IMG/VR virus record: IMGVR_UViG_3300006104_000014
Span: 1 to 64,000 of that record
Length of the DNA: 64,000 nt
Source of the DNA: a virus
Direction: 5' to 3' (one strand)
This document shows, piece after piece, positions 9,888 to 20,910 of this stretch (position 1 is its first letter; each line of letters opens with the position of its first letter). The position numbers and the translations under genes were made by a program. The notes under the pieces were generated by a model. The model made no database searches. It was not told the origin of the DNA and saw only the letters and a list, made by a program, of their open reading frames with translations.

Positions 9888-10838
9888 CTAGTTCTTATTG
9901 AGGAATCTGCTGTAAGGCTTCTTAACCTTTTGTGAGCGGATTTCAGCTTGGGCAAAGTAAACACCTGTGGTACCAACTTCAACAGCATCTGTAAGAGCTG
10001 TACCAAATACTTTGTTAGCAAGAGCAGAACCAGTTACTACACCACTACCATCTACGACGGTAGGGGTATGTGGTTGATAACTAGCTTCACCTTGTGTACC
10101 AACTGGAGTAGCAGCAAGAGTAGCACCAGCTACAACACTGCTGGCAACTTTTACCTGTGGGGCGATACCTTCTACTTGAATCCAACCAATGTTGTTAAAG
10201 GTACGTACGGCAACCCCAGCAAAACCACCACGACTAATAGCGTACTGATTGATACCATAGGGCGACGTATTACGGAAAGATGGAACTTGGTACTCTGTAC
10301 CTTGGCCATCTACCCGAATTTGGTAGTGACTATTGTCGTTACTATTAAGATAGCTGTTAACTTCGGCTCTAGTGGGGTCTACCCAAATGCAAACATCACC
10401 TTGCTCAATGCTATTAGTAGCTTGTACAAGAAGGTAACGGGCACCATCTGGACCTGTTAAAGCCTTAAGGCCAATAGGAGCACCACCAACAAAGTACTTG
10501 TCGTCCATAAGGCCAACTAAGCTTGTACCGGCACTACCTTGGGCAGCAAAACCAGCAAGTTGGAAATTAGCATCAGCAAATGTACTCCACTCCATACCAA
10601 GGATGTCTTGGAAGTTAACGTTGCCGTTGTCTGTTTGAGCTACATAAGCTTCGGTTGTGGTAGCATCGGTTTGAACCGATACAACCTTAATGACATTTTG
10701 ACGAGCACCATTAGAGATTTTCTCAAAGGTGTCCCAGTCAATTACATATTGCTTTCCAGGGACCATAGCTCTGTGGTCTGGGAGAATGGCTTGGCCAACC
10801 CCTGGTTGAAGCTGAACTGTGACTGAACGTGCAGGCAT
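9888..10838 (-). CDS. Virion structural protein
   Basis: 316 aa, beta-rich, in the tail operon with a strong RBS. Confidence 0.55.
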   Translation of the reverse strand: MPARSVTVQLQPGVGQAILPDHRAMVPGKQYVIDWDTFEKISNGARQNVIKVVSVQTDATTTEAYVAQTDNGNVNFQDILGMEWSTFADANFQLAGFAAQGSAGTSLVGLMDDKYFVGGAPIGLKALTGPDGARYLLVQATNSIEQGDVCIWVDPTRAEVNSYLNSNDNSHYQIRVDGQGTEYQVPSFRNTSPYGINQYAISRGGFAGVAVRTFNNIGWIQVEGIAPQVKVASSVVAGATLAATPVGTQGEASYQPHTPTVVDGSGVVTGSALANKVFGTALTDAVEVGTTGVYFAQAEIRSQKVKKPYSRFLNKN

Positions 10839-10867
10839 TTGGATAATTCCTTTCTTATTGCAAATCT

Positions 10868-11437
10868 TTAACTAAAAGTGGCGTAAGTATTCCCAGAAAC
10901 TGTGGTTCCTGTACTTCCAACCGTGTAATACTTCTCTGTTCTCTGGGTATACATAAATTGAATCTGCTTTGGTAACGTCATTGTTCCAATGTTGATTGTT
11001 TCATCAATGGCAACGTTGACAATTACAAGTCCACTATAAGTAGCAACTCTCTGATTACCCTTAGGGTCTGTAATAACTTTAACAATGTCTAAACTACTAG
11101 CTTGCAACTGTGCCTTAAAAACTTCTAAAAGATCTTGGGGACCAGAACCAGATGTAGATTTTGTACTACTAGAATCTAATGAAGCATCTTGACCAAAAAG
11201 TTGGCTCCATACTTCCCAGTTCCATTGCTCTCTAAATGTTATAGAAAGTGTACCAGCTTGGATAGCAGCTGGAAAGGCAATTTCAATTGGATACGGAGCA
11301 TCAATTGGCTGAATAGCTTGTGGGGCAGCAACAGGTTGAGGCCCCGTTTCCTGAATAATATCAATGTAGCTTAATGGTGTGCTCTTGTAAGTAAGCAGTG
11401 TATAGCCACCACCTACACGAAATTTTGATTGAACCAT
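10868..11437 (-). CDS. Tail tube protein
   Basis: 189 aa immediately downstream of sheath; C-terminal DETINIGTM...IQFMY tube-like pattern. Confidence 0.75.
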   Translation of the reverse strand: MVQSKFRVGGGYTLLTYKSTPLSYIDIIQETGPQPVAAPQAIQPIDAPYPIEIAFPAAIQAGTLSITFREQWNWEVWSQLFGQDASLDSSSTKSTSGSGPQDLLEVFKAQLQASSLDIVKVITDPKGNQRVATYSGLVIVNVAIDETINIGTMTLPKQIQFMYTQRTEKYYTVGSTGTTVSGNTYATFS

Positions 11438-11449
11438 GTTATTCTCCTA

Positions 11450-12898
11450 TTAAATGGCTGTAATTTGGCCAGTAGCAGCGTTAATATTGAATACAATATT
11501 GACGTAATTCAAGGGATAAGTTGGTGAGTACTGGAAGGTGACATCTACAGCCGTTGGATTATTTTGGTCAATAGTGTAACTTAAGTTTTGATATGCTTGA
11601 ATTAAACCTTGATTCTTTGCATTCAAAATTGACTTCTCTATAATACCCAGTAGACTAACTATAGTTGTGTTAGTCATTGGTGAACCAATTACACCGCTAT
11701 TAGTTACAGAATTTTCTACGATATTAGCAAGTCTATCACCAATAGCATTAATAGAAATTTCCTGGGTCAACCAGTTACTAGTATCTGTCGTTAAACCATG
11801 TCTAATAACAATCTGACCGTTCTTATTTTGTCTAGCAACGGTTACACCATACGACTGTAGTGTATTAGATTGAGCAGTTGAAATTTGGTTAGGAATTCCA
11901 GCAAATCCAGTTACAACTTTATTAGTAATAGGTGTAGCAACTGTAGGTTGTCCAGCAAATAAACCAGCAACAGCAGCTGCAAGGTAAATACCATCGATGC
12001 TTACGGTACCCGTATTGACACCAGTTGCTGTATTTAACCCTGGGTTAAAGGTAAGAACATTAGGAGCAACTAAAGTAACTCTTTGGTTAATTACTGATGG
12101 GTCTGAAGTAATCTTACTGCAAACACTAAAGAGGTTACCACCAACGGTGCTGTCCATTCCAATAAATGCTCTTTGGTAAACACCATTGTTAGCTTGAGCA
12201 CTTACAAAGTTGCTAACACCTTCGAATAAACTACCCGTACTTCCTGTGTTGTAACCTGTGTCATACTTAAGGGGGACAATTACGTCAATTCCGTCTACAA
12301 ACTGCAAAGACTGTACAGCAGCTAAGAACTCTGAATTAGAACCAGTAGAACCAGAAATGTTAACACAACTAACTGTAGTAGCACCATTTTGGAAAGCTAA
12401 GTAAGCAGCTAAAGTATTAGGAGAATTAACGGTAGCAGTCCCGGTCTGATCATATGTAAAAGCTGATCCAAACAATGTCTGTACATCGTTAAAGCTCTTA
12501 AAAGTATAAACAGTACCAGTTACGGCTGCTGTACCGGAGTAGGTAGCTCTTAACCACGTCCCTTGAGTAGTATTGGCACCACTAATTGTAGAAAATTGAG
12601 TTACTCCACCACTGGTAACAATTGAACCATAATCTACACCAGATACCAAAACGGTTCCAGTTACGTTATTAGTTACGTTAAGTGTGCTAGAAACAAAACC
12701 ACTTGCACTAAGAGCAAAGGTCTGTACACCACTTGTTGATGTAACTTGGTAAACATCAGCAGCAGATGATTGAGGAACCCCATTAGGTGCATAACCTAGG
12801 AAGCAAACGTTCAATGGGTTATTGGGGTTAGTGGCAACGTTTACAGCAGGGCCTTGAGTTACGTAGACACCTGGGTTAACATAATTAGAAATAGGCAT
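11450..12898 (-). CDS. Contractile tail sheath protein
   Basis: N-terminal YVNPGVYV; C-terminal IRHGLTT...EISI and VTFQYSPTYPLNYVNIVF sheath signatures. Confidence 0.9.
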   Translation of the reverse strand: MPISNYVNPGVYVTQGPAVNVATNPNNPLNVCFLGYAPNGVPQSSAADVYQVTSTSGVQTFALSASGFVSSTLNVTNNVTGTVLVSGVDYGSIVTSGGVTQFSTISGANTTQGTWLRATYSGTAAVTGTVYTFKSFNDVQTLFGSAFTYDQTGTATVNSPNTLAAYLAFQNGATTVSCVNISGSTGSNSEFLAAVQSLQFVDGIDVIVPLKYDTGYNTGSTGSLFEGVSNFVSAQANNGVYQRAFIGMDSTVGGNLFSVCSKITSDPSVINQRVTLVAPNVLTFNPGLNTATGVNTGTVSIDGIYLAAAVAGLFAGQPTVATPITNKVVTGFAGIPNQISTAQSNTLQSYGVTVARQNKNGQIVIRHGLTTDTSNWLTQEISINAIGDRLANIVENSVTNSGVIGSPMTNTTIVSLLGIIEKSILNAKNQGLIQAYQNLSYTIDQNNPTAVDVTFQYSPTYPLNYVNIVFNINAATGQITAI

Positions 12899-12963
12899 AA
12901 GTTCTCCTTACAGTACTTTATATTAGGTATGCTTAAAATTACAATGTTGGGATTTGTAATGTA

Positions 12964-13578
12964 TTAGTTCGGATAAACGGTGATCTCAGCTGTACCGGAT
13001 ACCGTAACTTCACTAATGGGCTGGAACAGTTGATCGTACTTAGTCTCAAAGGTTTCACCTATGCAGTTAATTCTAATTCCAGCCTCATAGGTTAGCTCTT
13101 CTGGACTAAATGGAGTCCCTGGTGATACTGTGTCTCCTAAAGACGTTACTGTTCCGGGTAATAATGTTAATGCTATCAAGTTATTTTGGTTGATGCTATT
13201 ATAGAAAGCGTAAGAACCTGGGGACCCTGGGTCCATAGTAATAAGATTGACTAGGGAGTCCCATAACCTATCTCTTTCTTCAGAGTGCATAGCTAAAATT
13301 TGCAAATCTAAAGAACCTTCAAAATAAAGTTGTCTTGTACTATTAATTCCTACACCAGAGATTGTTGTTAGTTGATCCGGGCCTAATCCTGTCCACTGAC
13401 TCTTACTAGGTCTAAATTGAACAAAGACAGCAGGCCAGGCAACTTCTTCGAGAGGATATTCAATCGTAACACTATTAGGGGTTAGTTCCAAGGTCGTATT
13501 GGAAGTACGTTCTCCAAGAGCATCAAACCCAGCATTTAGTGCTTCTACTATAGACGTTTTTACACCTGTAATAAACAT
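12964..13578 (-). CDS. Tail terminator / completion protein
   Basis: Upstream of sheath; EYP...WPAVFV and SEERDRLWDSL motifs. Confidence 0.6.
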   Translation of the reverse strand: MFITGVKTSIVEALNAGFDALGERTSNTTLELTPNSVTIEYPLEEVAWPAVFVQFRPSKSQWTGLGPDQLTTISGVGINSTRQLYFEGSLDLQILAMHSEERDRLWDSLVNLITMDPGSPGSYAFYNSINQNNLIALTLLPGTVTSLGDTVSPGTPFSPEELTYEAGIRINCIGETFETKYDQLFQPISEVTVSGTAEITVYPN

Positions 13579-14075
13579 TAACCCCTCCCCTCTAAGATCA
13601 TCATGATATCTCTGACAGCAGACTCTTCAAGCATTCTCAAAACTTCTTGGCCTGTTAATGTTTGAACCCATTCTGATGTAGCTTGTCTCAAAGCTTTTTC
13701 AGCAAAGTGTTTACCTTCAATACCTGGATGCTCCCAGGTAGTCTTAGTACTAATAAGATCACCATGCTCATCTCTAGATACTAATCTTACCCTACCAATA
13801 TTGCTGCTAGTTGCTCTTCTAAAGATTACACTACCACTAGAAAGTCTAATAGGAATAGTTCTTCCAGCTAATTCTGTCTGTAATCTAGATTCTACACCAT
13901 CGTTTTGGTAACGCATGTATTGAACTTCAGGTGGAATCTCAATACCCACTTGTCCTTCGGCACTTGCAGGGCGTAAAGCATTTGCACCTTTACCAGTTTT
14001 CCTTGGAGCCAATACCTTAGCTATTTCAGAAGCTCTTTGGGAAATTCTAGCTGTTATATCTGCAGGAATTTTCAT
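13578..14075 (-). CDS. HK97 gp10-like neck/tail completion protein (true start MKIPAD at 14075)
   Basis: APRKTG and HPGIEGKHF motifs; ATGA overlap with the upstream stop. Confidence 0.6.
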   Translation of the reverse strand: MKIPADITARISQRASEIAKVLAPRKTGKGANALRPASAEGQVGIEIPPEVQYMRYQNDGVESRLQTELAGRTIPIRLSSGSVIFRRATSSNIGRVRLVSRDEHGDLISTKTTWEHPGIEGKHFAEKALRQATSEWVQTLTGQEVLRMLEESAVRDIMMILEGRG

Positions 14076-14800
14076 ACGTAGGGTACCTGGTAGTATGGAT
14101 GTTCTGGCCAAAGGTTCTCTAAGGTGCAAGTTTGATTTACTATCTTAGAGTTCGTAGGAAATGGTTGATTTCCAGTTCTATAGGGTTTTATAGCTGAGTT
14201 GCTTGGACCAGTTCTTACAGTAACGGGACTAACATTTGATACTTGGAATCTAGTTGAAGAAAGTACTGGAGTATCTCCATCCCATTGTTCAATTCTTACA
14301 ACTAAATCACCCTGTCTCAATTGGGGAAACCAAGAAAATTGTACTTGGGGATTCTGTTGCCAAAACTGTCCAGTTTCTAAATTCTTTCTCGTATCTGCAG
14401 TATCAGAAGCCAACATATAGAGGTGGTAAGCTACAGGTTGAAAACCACCTGTAAATGTAGTACCATAGCAAGTTTGACAATAAGAGTTACCAGTCTGCTT
14501 ATATACTGCAGAAACTCTAGACCTTATATTAGCATTAGGATTAGAAGGGTCTGGGGAGTCTTGACATTCCTGGCAATAAGTAACTAGACCAGCTTTTGCA
14601 TCTTCAGCTCTCCAAAGTAACCTTACAATACACTGCTCACCAAACCATTGTAAGGCTTCATCATGGAATCTTTGCTGATCAATCTCAGCCCAATTTTCTG
14701 TTTGCTTACGGACATAGAGAGAGGACTCAACCTGAAATGGAATAGTCTGTAGAGGTGGAGTAGGTTCCTCTATTGGTCCATAAGATGGCTGAATTGACAC
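14072..14800 (-). CDS. Head closure / neck protein with CxxC pairs
   Basis: CQEC...CQTCYGTTFTGGF; located in the neck module. Confidence 0.6.
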   Translation of the reverse strand: MSIQPSYGPIEEPTPPLQTIPFQVESSLYVRKQTENWAEIDQQRFHDEALQWFGEQCIVRLLWRAEDAKAGLVTYCQECQDSPDPSNPNANIRSRVSAVYKQTGNSYCQTCYGTTFTGGFQPVAYHLYMLASDTADTRKNLETGQFWQQNPQVQFSWFPQLRQGDLVVRIEQWDGDTPVLSSTRFQVSNVSPVTVRTGPSNSAIKPYRTGNQPFPTNSKIVNQTCTLENLWPEHPYYQVPYV

Positions 14801-15237
14801 TAGTTATCCTCGTGTCTAAACTGTTCTGAGACAGAGTTGGCAAGTGAAGAAAGGTGTTCAGCATGCTCTCTAAGAGCTTCACATTGATCTTCATGTAATG
14901 ATTGATGTTCATCATCAGCAAGTATACCCATATGTCCCTGTAGATTTGACCAAGCATCAAAAGCTGCTGAATGTAAGTGAGCAGCAAGAGCATGAGAAGG
15001 GGAAGTAATTGGGTCAATGCCCCGTTTTTCAGCACCCACTTGTTGCTGTCTAGTTATTGGATGGCCCCCAGTAGTATCATAGGCTAACTTTCCGTGGAAA
15101 TCCATCATATCATCGTGGAGTCCCATCATTTCATTGGCTCTAGTCAAATAATGATTAGCTGTCCAAAACTTAAACTTATTTGTAAAATCTTTAAAATCTT
15201 CATCAGATTCGTTAGCGTAACGTTGATTCCAATCCAC
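14800..15237 (-). CDS. His-rich helical protein with N-terminal MDWNQRYA tag
   Basis: Starts MDWNQRYA; sits between two neck genes with 1-nt overlaps. Confidence 0.65.
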   Translation of the reverse strand: MDWNQRYANESDEDFKDFTNKFKFWTANHYLTRANEMMGLHDDMMDFHGKLAYDTTGGHPITRQQQVGAEKRGIDPITSPSHALAAHLHSAAFDAWSNLQGHMGILADDEHQSLHEDQCEALREHAEHLSSLANSVSEQFRHEDN

Positions 15238-16103
15238 TACATACCACCCATATTTACAGCAGCATACATAAAGTGAGGACGTGCTGGGTTGATAAACATT
15301 CTTGGAATAAGACCACCAGCAACCAAAAGACTTCTCTTAGAACCAACCATGTATGCACGCTTCATCTGACGGAGCTGTTTGTCAGCAATTTCTTTCTCTA
15401 TGTTATAGAGATCCATCCAGCGATTATAGTAATCTCTTCTATTCATCCAGGCAGCATTCATACCTTCTGGAGTAGGTTGCTCAATATAGTTTCTAGCAAT
15501 ATGCTTAATGAAGTGAGCATAGGTTTGAGTAGCTAATACACCCCACCAGGTAGAAGGAAACGGAACCATTGCATTAGAACCCATATCATAAGCTGGACGG
15601 AATACGGGCTGAAACTCATAGTTAATATAGTCTAAAGCTTCTGTTGACATAAGGAATGCAACATCTTCGTACATATTAAAACCAGATTGACTAAGCTCCT
15701 GCAAGTATGGACCACCAGAAGAGGAGTCAAAACTTTTATCTAATCTATGTACAATTCCAGCAACTAATTGCTTTTCATCTGCTGTTAACATTTGCCAATA
15801 AGGCATTGCTTCTGTAATAGTAAAGGAGTCTGAGTAAAACCTTGCATTCCCACTAGTAGTATAGGACCAATTGGCTTTATAGTTACCTAATATAGTTGTC
15901 TCTGTAGAGCTGAGACTATAGGTATAAGTTCCTGTACTTTCACGAGTAGCTGCTGTCCCACTTGGAACCAGTACGACGTTATTATCAGTATTAATAACTT
16001 CTAGGGTCACCGAATTGTCATCAGCATCTGTAAGTGCACCTTGAACATAGATCATAAGCCCAATGGGCTCCACGGAATATTGTGGAATGGGTCTTACCCT
16101 CAT
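15237..16103 (-). CDS. Head-to-tail adaptor (neck) protein
   Basis: Ig-like N-terminus plus helical C-terminus with RRDYYNRW; synteny. Confidence 0.6.
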   Translation of the reverse strand: MRVRPIPQYSVEPIGLMIYVQGALTDADDNSVTLEVINTDNNVVLVPSGTAATRESTGTYTYSLSSTETTILGNYKANWSYTTSGNARFYSDSFTITEAMPYWQMLTADEKQLVAGIVHRLDKSFDSSSGGPYLQELSQSGFNMYEDVAFLMSTEALDYINYEFQPVFRPAYDMGSNAMVPFPSTWWGVLATQTYAHFIKHIARNYIEQPTPEGMNAAWMNRRDYYNRWMDLYNIEKEIADKQLRQMKRAYMVGSKRSLLVAGGLIPRMFINPARPHFMYAAVNMGGM

Positions 16104-17968
16104 TAGCTTAATCCAATAACAGAAATAGTACTTCCATATACTTGTAAGTTTGTACCAGAGTTGTTTGCAGCTAATACAAGTAACGTATTACTATTTGTAT
16201 TAGCAAAAGATGCTATAAAGTTAACAGTTGGCGATAAGTAACTACCGAGTTGTATAGTAAATACTTCTTTACGGTCAATAAAGGCAGATCCAGAAGTCCC
16301 ATAACCAAGCCAAGGATTGATGGCTGCAGCTCCACTATTATTACCCATATAAGCACTTATAGAAATGAGATACTTAGTAAAACCACTAACTGTAGTAGAT
16401 GCACAAACAGTTGGACTATAACTTGGAGTTGGAACAGTAGTAGTAAAGTTTACTCCAGAGGCACTTCCTGTAGCATTATTTGACCAGCCATTAACTTGGG
16501 GACTAGCCCATACTACACTTGTACCACTAGTTGTAAGTACCTGTCCATCTGAACCAGCTGTTACAGCTGCTGATGGACTAATTGGGGAAGCTAACGTAGT
16601 AGCACTTGGGACCGTTCCACCAACTTTACTACCTGAAATTGTAGCATTAGCAAGATAACCCGTAACTGTTACAGCTGGTACTATGACATTACTAGGCAAG
16701 GTCCCAGGATTAATTTGGGTTGGGACAATTTGTCCAGTTAGAGCTAAGGAGGTATTAGCACTTGCAACTATACTCAATACCTGGGAACCAGAAATAGTTA
16801 CTGGAGAATAACCAGTAACTTGGCTACCAGAAATAGTTCCAGTTAATGCCAAAGAAGTATTAGCACTTACAGATGTAGTAGCATTTGCAACTGTACCCGT
16901 TACCTGAGCACCAGGAATATATACACCACTTTGGAAGGTTCCAGGTTGTACACTGCTAGCTACTACGTTAGTTGTTACTATTCCAGTAACTTGGGATCCA
17001 CTAATAGTTGCATTTGCAAGGTAACCATAAACGTTAGTACCACTGATAGTAGCATTAGCTATATTTCCTGTTACAGTTACAGCATTTACTAATACATTAC
17101 TTGGAAGTGTACCAGGATTAATCTGAGTAGTGTTAATATTACCAGATAATGCTGATGCTGTATTAGCACTTGCAACTGCTGTACTAACTTGACTACCCAA
17201 AATAGTAGCGGTAGAAGTCAATCCACTAGCTAAGGCTACTGGGCTTTTAACTTGGCTTCCACTAATAGTACTTGACGATAAGTATCCAGAAACTTGGGCA
17301 GCAGCTAATGTTCCAGTTAAATTAGTGGCATTAGTGGCATTGGTAGCGTTAGTAGCATTAGTAGCATTAGCTACAACACCAGATACTCTACTACCAGAAA
17401 TAGTAGCATTAGATAAGGGTCCATAAACAGCTGACCCAGAAATAGTAGCATTGGCTGTAAGGTCACCATAAACAGCTGCACCACTAATGGTTATCCCGGA
17501 TGGTAACGGACCAGCATTAATCTCTGATGTATCTACAGTAAGATTAGACCATTGGCCACTTGTAGTCGAAGTAGAAGTAAAAAACTGGCCAGAAACTGTT
17601 GGAGCTGGAAAGTCACCATTGTTAATTTGATTAACAAAGCCAAAATCTGAAGCTAATGCACCATGGGACCAAGTAGTTCCACTAGCCCAACCTGAAGCAG
17701 TAAACCCAGATGTACCTTCTTGGCCTCTAATTACTGTTGCTGTTGTAGCATTAGCTGTATAGCTAGTAACATAAACAATTTCTGAAACATTACCACTAGC
17801 TGTTGTACTTTGGTTTGGGTTAATAACAAGTGGCAAATAATTAGTACCAGTAGTAACTGTAATATTACCTAAACCTGACCCAGTAAAATGGATAGTAGTA
17901 CTATTTGCCAATAGCCCACCTGTACCCAAAGTACCAGTTAAAAAGTTAGCTCGTAAACGCTGAACCAA
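16103..17968 (-). CDS. Fibre-like virion protein with ATISGSxV and ATN repeats
   Basis: Many ATISG/SQV repeats, ATNATNATNATNATN, N-terminal VIRGQEGT module. Confidence 0.65.
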   Translation of the reverse strand: MVQRLRANFLTGTLGTGGLLANSTTIHFTGSGLGNITVTTGTNYLPLVINPNQSTTASGNVSEIVYVTSYTANATTATVIRGQEGTSGFTASGWASGTTWSHGALASDFGFVNQINNGDFPAPTVSGQFFTSTSTTSGQWSNLTVDTSEINAGPLPSGITISGAAVYGDLTANATISGSAVYGPLSNATISGSRVSGVVANATNATNATNATNATNLTGTLAAAQVSGYLSSSTISGSQVKSPVALASGLTSTATILGSQVSTAVASANTASALSGNINTTQINPGTLPSNVLVNAVTVTGNIANATISGTNVYGYLANATISGSQVTGIVTTNVVASSVQPGTFQSGVYIPGAQVTGTVANATTSVSANTSLALTGTISGSQVTGYSPVTISGSQVLSIVASANTSLALTGQIVPTQINPGTLPSNVIVPAVTVTGYLANATISGSKVGGTVPSATTLASPISPSAAVTAGSDGQVLTTSGTSVVWASPQVNGWSNNATGSASGVNFTTTVPTPSYSPTVCASTTVSGFTKYLISISAYMGNNSGAAAINPWLGYGTSGSAFIDRKEVFTIQLGSYLSPTVNFIASFANTNSNTLLVLAANNSGTNLQVYGSTISVIGLS

Positions 17969-17976
17969 TTTAGGTC

Positions 17977-18513
17977 CTACTTAATCTCGGTGGGGTGATG
18001 TTGAGTTCTTACAACTGTTGGGTCAAAAGTAAGGAACGTTTGTGGTTGTCTACCATCATAGCCATAACCACGAGTAGGCACAGCAATTGGATGATTAACC
18101 CATACAAAGCTAGGGTCACCTTGTTGACCATGACTTACCGTAAGGATATCTTTACCGTGTACCTCTACAATAATAGCAGCATGATCGCCAGTACCAGCAC
18201 CATAGATAACAACATCTCCAGGCTTAACCTGAGCAATGTCAATGTGCTTACCAGTTGCAAGTAAGGTTCCAGTATACCCTGTGTGGTTATAACGTTGACC
18301 ATTGGGGTCATGCATACCAGCAAGAGCATAGCAATCAGTTACAAAAGCAGAGCAATCTGCCTCAAATGGCCAGGTTAAAGGCCAAATGTTTTCTTCTTGC
18401 ATTCGCTGAGCACCCTCAGTATAATTATACTTGTGGTGGCTAGTTTTGTTATCAGTAACAAACCACTTAGCCCACTCTACCGCTGCTGGACGTCCATCTA
18501 TAGCTGTTGCCAT
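17977..18513 (-). CDS. NlpC/P60-family cysteine peptidoglycan hydrolase (candidate endolysin)
   Basis: DCSAFV, YTGTL, KPGDVVIY and DHAAI motifs. Confidence 0.75.
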   Translation of the reverse strand: MATAIDGRPAAVEWAKWFVTDNKTSHHKYNYTEGAQRMQEENIWPLTWPFEADCSAFVTDCYALAGMHDPNGQRYNHTGYTGTLLATGKHIDIAQVKPGDVVIYGAGTGDHAAIIVEVHGKDILTVSHGQQGDPSFVWVNHPIAVPTRGYGYDGRQPQTFLTFDPTVVRTQHHPTEIK

Positions 18514-18673
18514 TATAATCTCCTTAATAACCCTTCAACTTATAATATGTCTTACAGCTTCTAGTACATTAACGAATTGTATCTCCTAAGTTACTAACTT
18601 ATGGGGATAAATTATACCCAATACTATAGATACTTTAAAGAGAACTAATTGTACTGGGGTCTCGTTTAAGGGA

Positions 18674-18859
18674 TTAGGTGGGTTCTACCCATTCTGTGGG
18701 GTCACTTACAACTTCTTGACCGTGGGTAGTATAGGTGGGTTGTGCAATTTCTGAAACTTGAGCTGTAGCGGTAACATTAAACTGCATACCAGAAAGAGTA
18801 ACTGGTGTTGGTGGATAAAAAGCTCCACCATTAAAGAATAGTGAACTAATTTGTTTCAT
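18674..18859 (-). CDS. Small structural-region protein
   Basis: 61 aa, ATGA-coupled to the upstream fibre gene. Confidence 0.5.
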   Translation of the reverse strand: MKQISSLFFNGGAFYPPTPVTLSGMQFNVTATAQVSEIAQPTYTTHGQEVVSDPTEWVEPT

Positions 18860-20910
18860 GCTATTCTCACAATATCCATCTCTACACCATCAAGAGATTC
18901 GTTTGAAGTGTTCCCCCATGTACCAAGTGCGATAGTAAACGACCCACCTGCAGCAATTCGCCAAATGTAATCACCAATGTAGTCACCGTTGATATCTTGA
19001 GCAACTGCAATAGTAAGTGGGTCTGGGTCTCCAGACAACCAACCTGGGAAGTTTCCACCTACAGCTGATGCACCAGTAGCAAATCTTACCTGGCTAGACC
19101 CATGGTATGAAGTGTATTGGAACGCTAAACGCACCATATAGGTTCCAGTTGTGTTGATATTAATAGTTTTACCATCTGCATTGAGTGAAATATCACTTCC
19201 AGCTGATGAATTATCATTTTGTAAGGTCCAATGTGCTGTATCTTGCCCGACTATAATCCAAGTCCCTTGGGGTAAGGGAGTATTTGGAGTCAACATCGCA
19301 AGATTTAATCTTGAATCCCCTACAACTCCTGGTCCAGTTGACCCTTGTGCTCCCTGTGGACCTTGAAAACCTTGTGCACCTTGTACTCCACCACCACCAA
19401 AAGAAAAGCTCCATGAGCTGTAGGGATCAGATGAATCTCCATCGTAATAGTAATTTGGAGCTATTGTAATAGTACCAGAAGATACGTCTGTAATATATCC
19501 ACCAAAGTAAACATTATAAGGGTCACCTGTCCAACTTACGTAAACATAGTCACTTGGTTGGTAAGCAATATTAGTTTCGTTAATGACAAACGTTTGTGGG
19601 TCATACGACATCGTAATAGATGTATTAGATGTAGCTGTGTAACCATTACCTGGGACACCTTGTGGACCCTGTGCTCCACCTGGGACAAACTGCTGGGTTC
19701 CTTTAAAGAGGACAGCAGCTTCAGCAGCACCAGCATTTTCTGGATTATAAGGTGGAGTATCTGTTACTTCTACGTGTACAGAAACTGTACCAGTTGCTGT
19801 TATGTAGTAAGAACCACTACCATTGAGCCCGTGAACAACGGTGTCTAATCCAATTGGTGTTGGGTCAGCCCCAGAGCCAACTACTATTGTTCCCCCGTTA
19901 CCGAGAAAAGAACCCGTACCAATAAGCAACTCATTTACTAGTGTAGGTGTTAATGGGGCTGTAGTAAAACCAGACGTGGGGTATCCAGTATTATTAGTCT
20001 CAAAAGTATACGTATCTACTGGGTCGTTAGTATCGACGTTAGTAATCTCGTATACAATTAAGTTAGAACCATTTTGCTGCCCAGATGATACTGCGACATT
20101 AACTGTACCTGGGTCAAACGATGCTGTGCCACTAGTAACAGGGGTGTATGAATAACCGATATAGTTAGGATTATTATTAGCATTGGGACCAGATACTTGA
20201 GAAATTAAAGTACTTCCACTAGCTGGAGCCCAATTAATTGTTGGAACACCACCACCACCTTGACCAGCAATTGATAAGATAGATACTAAGAGGTTACCAG
20301 AAGCTGGTACCGTAGATAGGGTAATGGGTACTCCACCATTTTCTCCCCACCCAGATACTATAGTAGTTGATACTACCTCTGGAGTACTTACTACAATACT
20401 ACCAGCTGATACTATTGGGTTTGCTGGATCTGTACTATTTACGACAATACCTGAACCAGCTACAACTGATACAACTATTCCCTCACTTGGGTTGGCCCAA
20501 AGTAAGTTAGTCCCATCCGTTGATAATACCGTTCCACTAGTTGTAACACTGCCAATAGTTTGATTGACTACCGTATTTGCTTCAGCTAAATCTGTGGCTG
20601 TAAGTACAGGGACAACTATAGCATTTGCTGTATGGCTTCTAGCTGTCGTTCCATCAGCACCTCTCGTAACCCCAGTAACATATACAGCACCACTTGCCCA
20701 ATCATAATCACCCTGAGGAATATAAATCTTTTCTTCTTCTGGATTACCGTAATCTAAAGCTGCCCAAAAACCAGCTGTAGAACCTAAACCATTCCAAGTA
20801 TGATTACCTAAAATGTAGAAATTTTCTGATAGGCTAGATATAATAGTTGTCAGGAAACCATTATTAGCTCCACCAACATAAGAATTAAGTGAATAAGGGG
20901 TTCTTGACAT
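18856..20910 (-). CDS. Fibre / receptor-binding-like protein with short collagen segments
   Basis: VTRGADGTTARSH module, GAQGPQG repeats, beta-rich C-terminus. Confidence 0.65.
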   Translation of the reverse strand: MSRTPYSLNSYVGGANNGFLTTIISSLSENFYILGNHTWNGLGSTAGFWAALDYGNPEEEKIYIPQGDYDWASGAVYVTGVTRGADGTTARSHTANAIVVPVLTATDLAEANTVVNQTIGSVTTSGTVLSTDGTNLLWANPSEGIVVSVVAGSGIVVNSTDPANPIVSAGSIVVSTPEVVSTTIVSGWGENGGVPITLSTVPASGNLLVSILSIAGQGGGGVPTINWAPASGSTLISQVSGPNANNNPNYIGYSYTPVTSGTASFDPGTVNVAVSSGQQNGSNLIVYEITNVDTNDPVDTYTFETNNTGYPTSGFTTAPLTPTLVNELLIGTGSFLGNGGTIVVGSGADPTPIGLDTVVHGLNGSGSYYITATGTVSVHVEVTDTPPYNPENAGAAEAAVLFKGTQQFVPGGAQGPQGVPGNGYTATSNTSITMSYDPQTFVINETNIAYQPSDYVYVSWTGDPYNVYFGGYITDVSSGTITIAPNYYYDGDSSDPYSSWSFSFGGGGVQGAQGFQGPQGAQGSTGPGVVGDSRLNLAMLTPNTPLPQGTWIIVGQDTAHWTLQNDNSSAGSDISLNADGKTININTTGTYMVRLAFQYTSYHGSSQVRFATGASAVGGNFPGWLSGDPDPLTIAVAQDINGDYIGDYIWRIAAGGSFTIALGTWGNTSNESLDGVEMDIVRIA

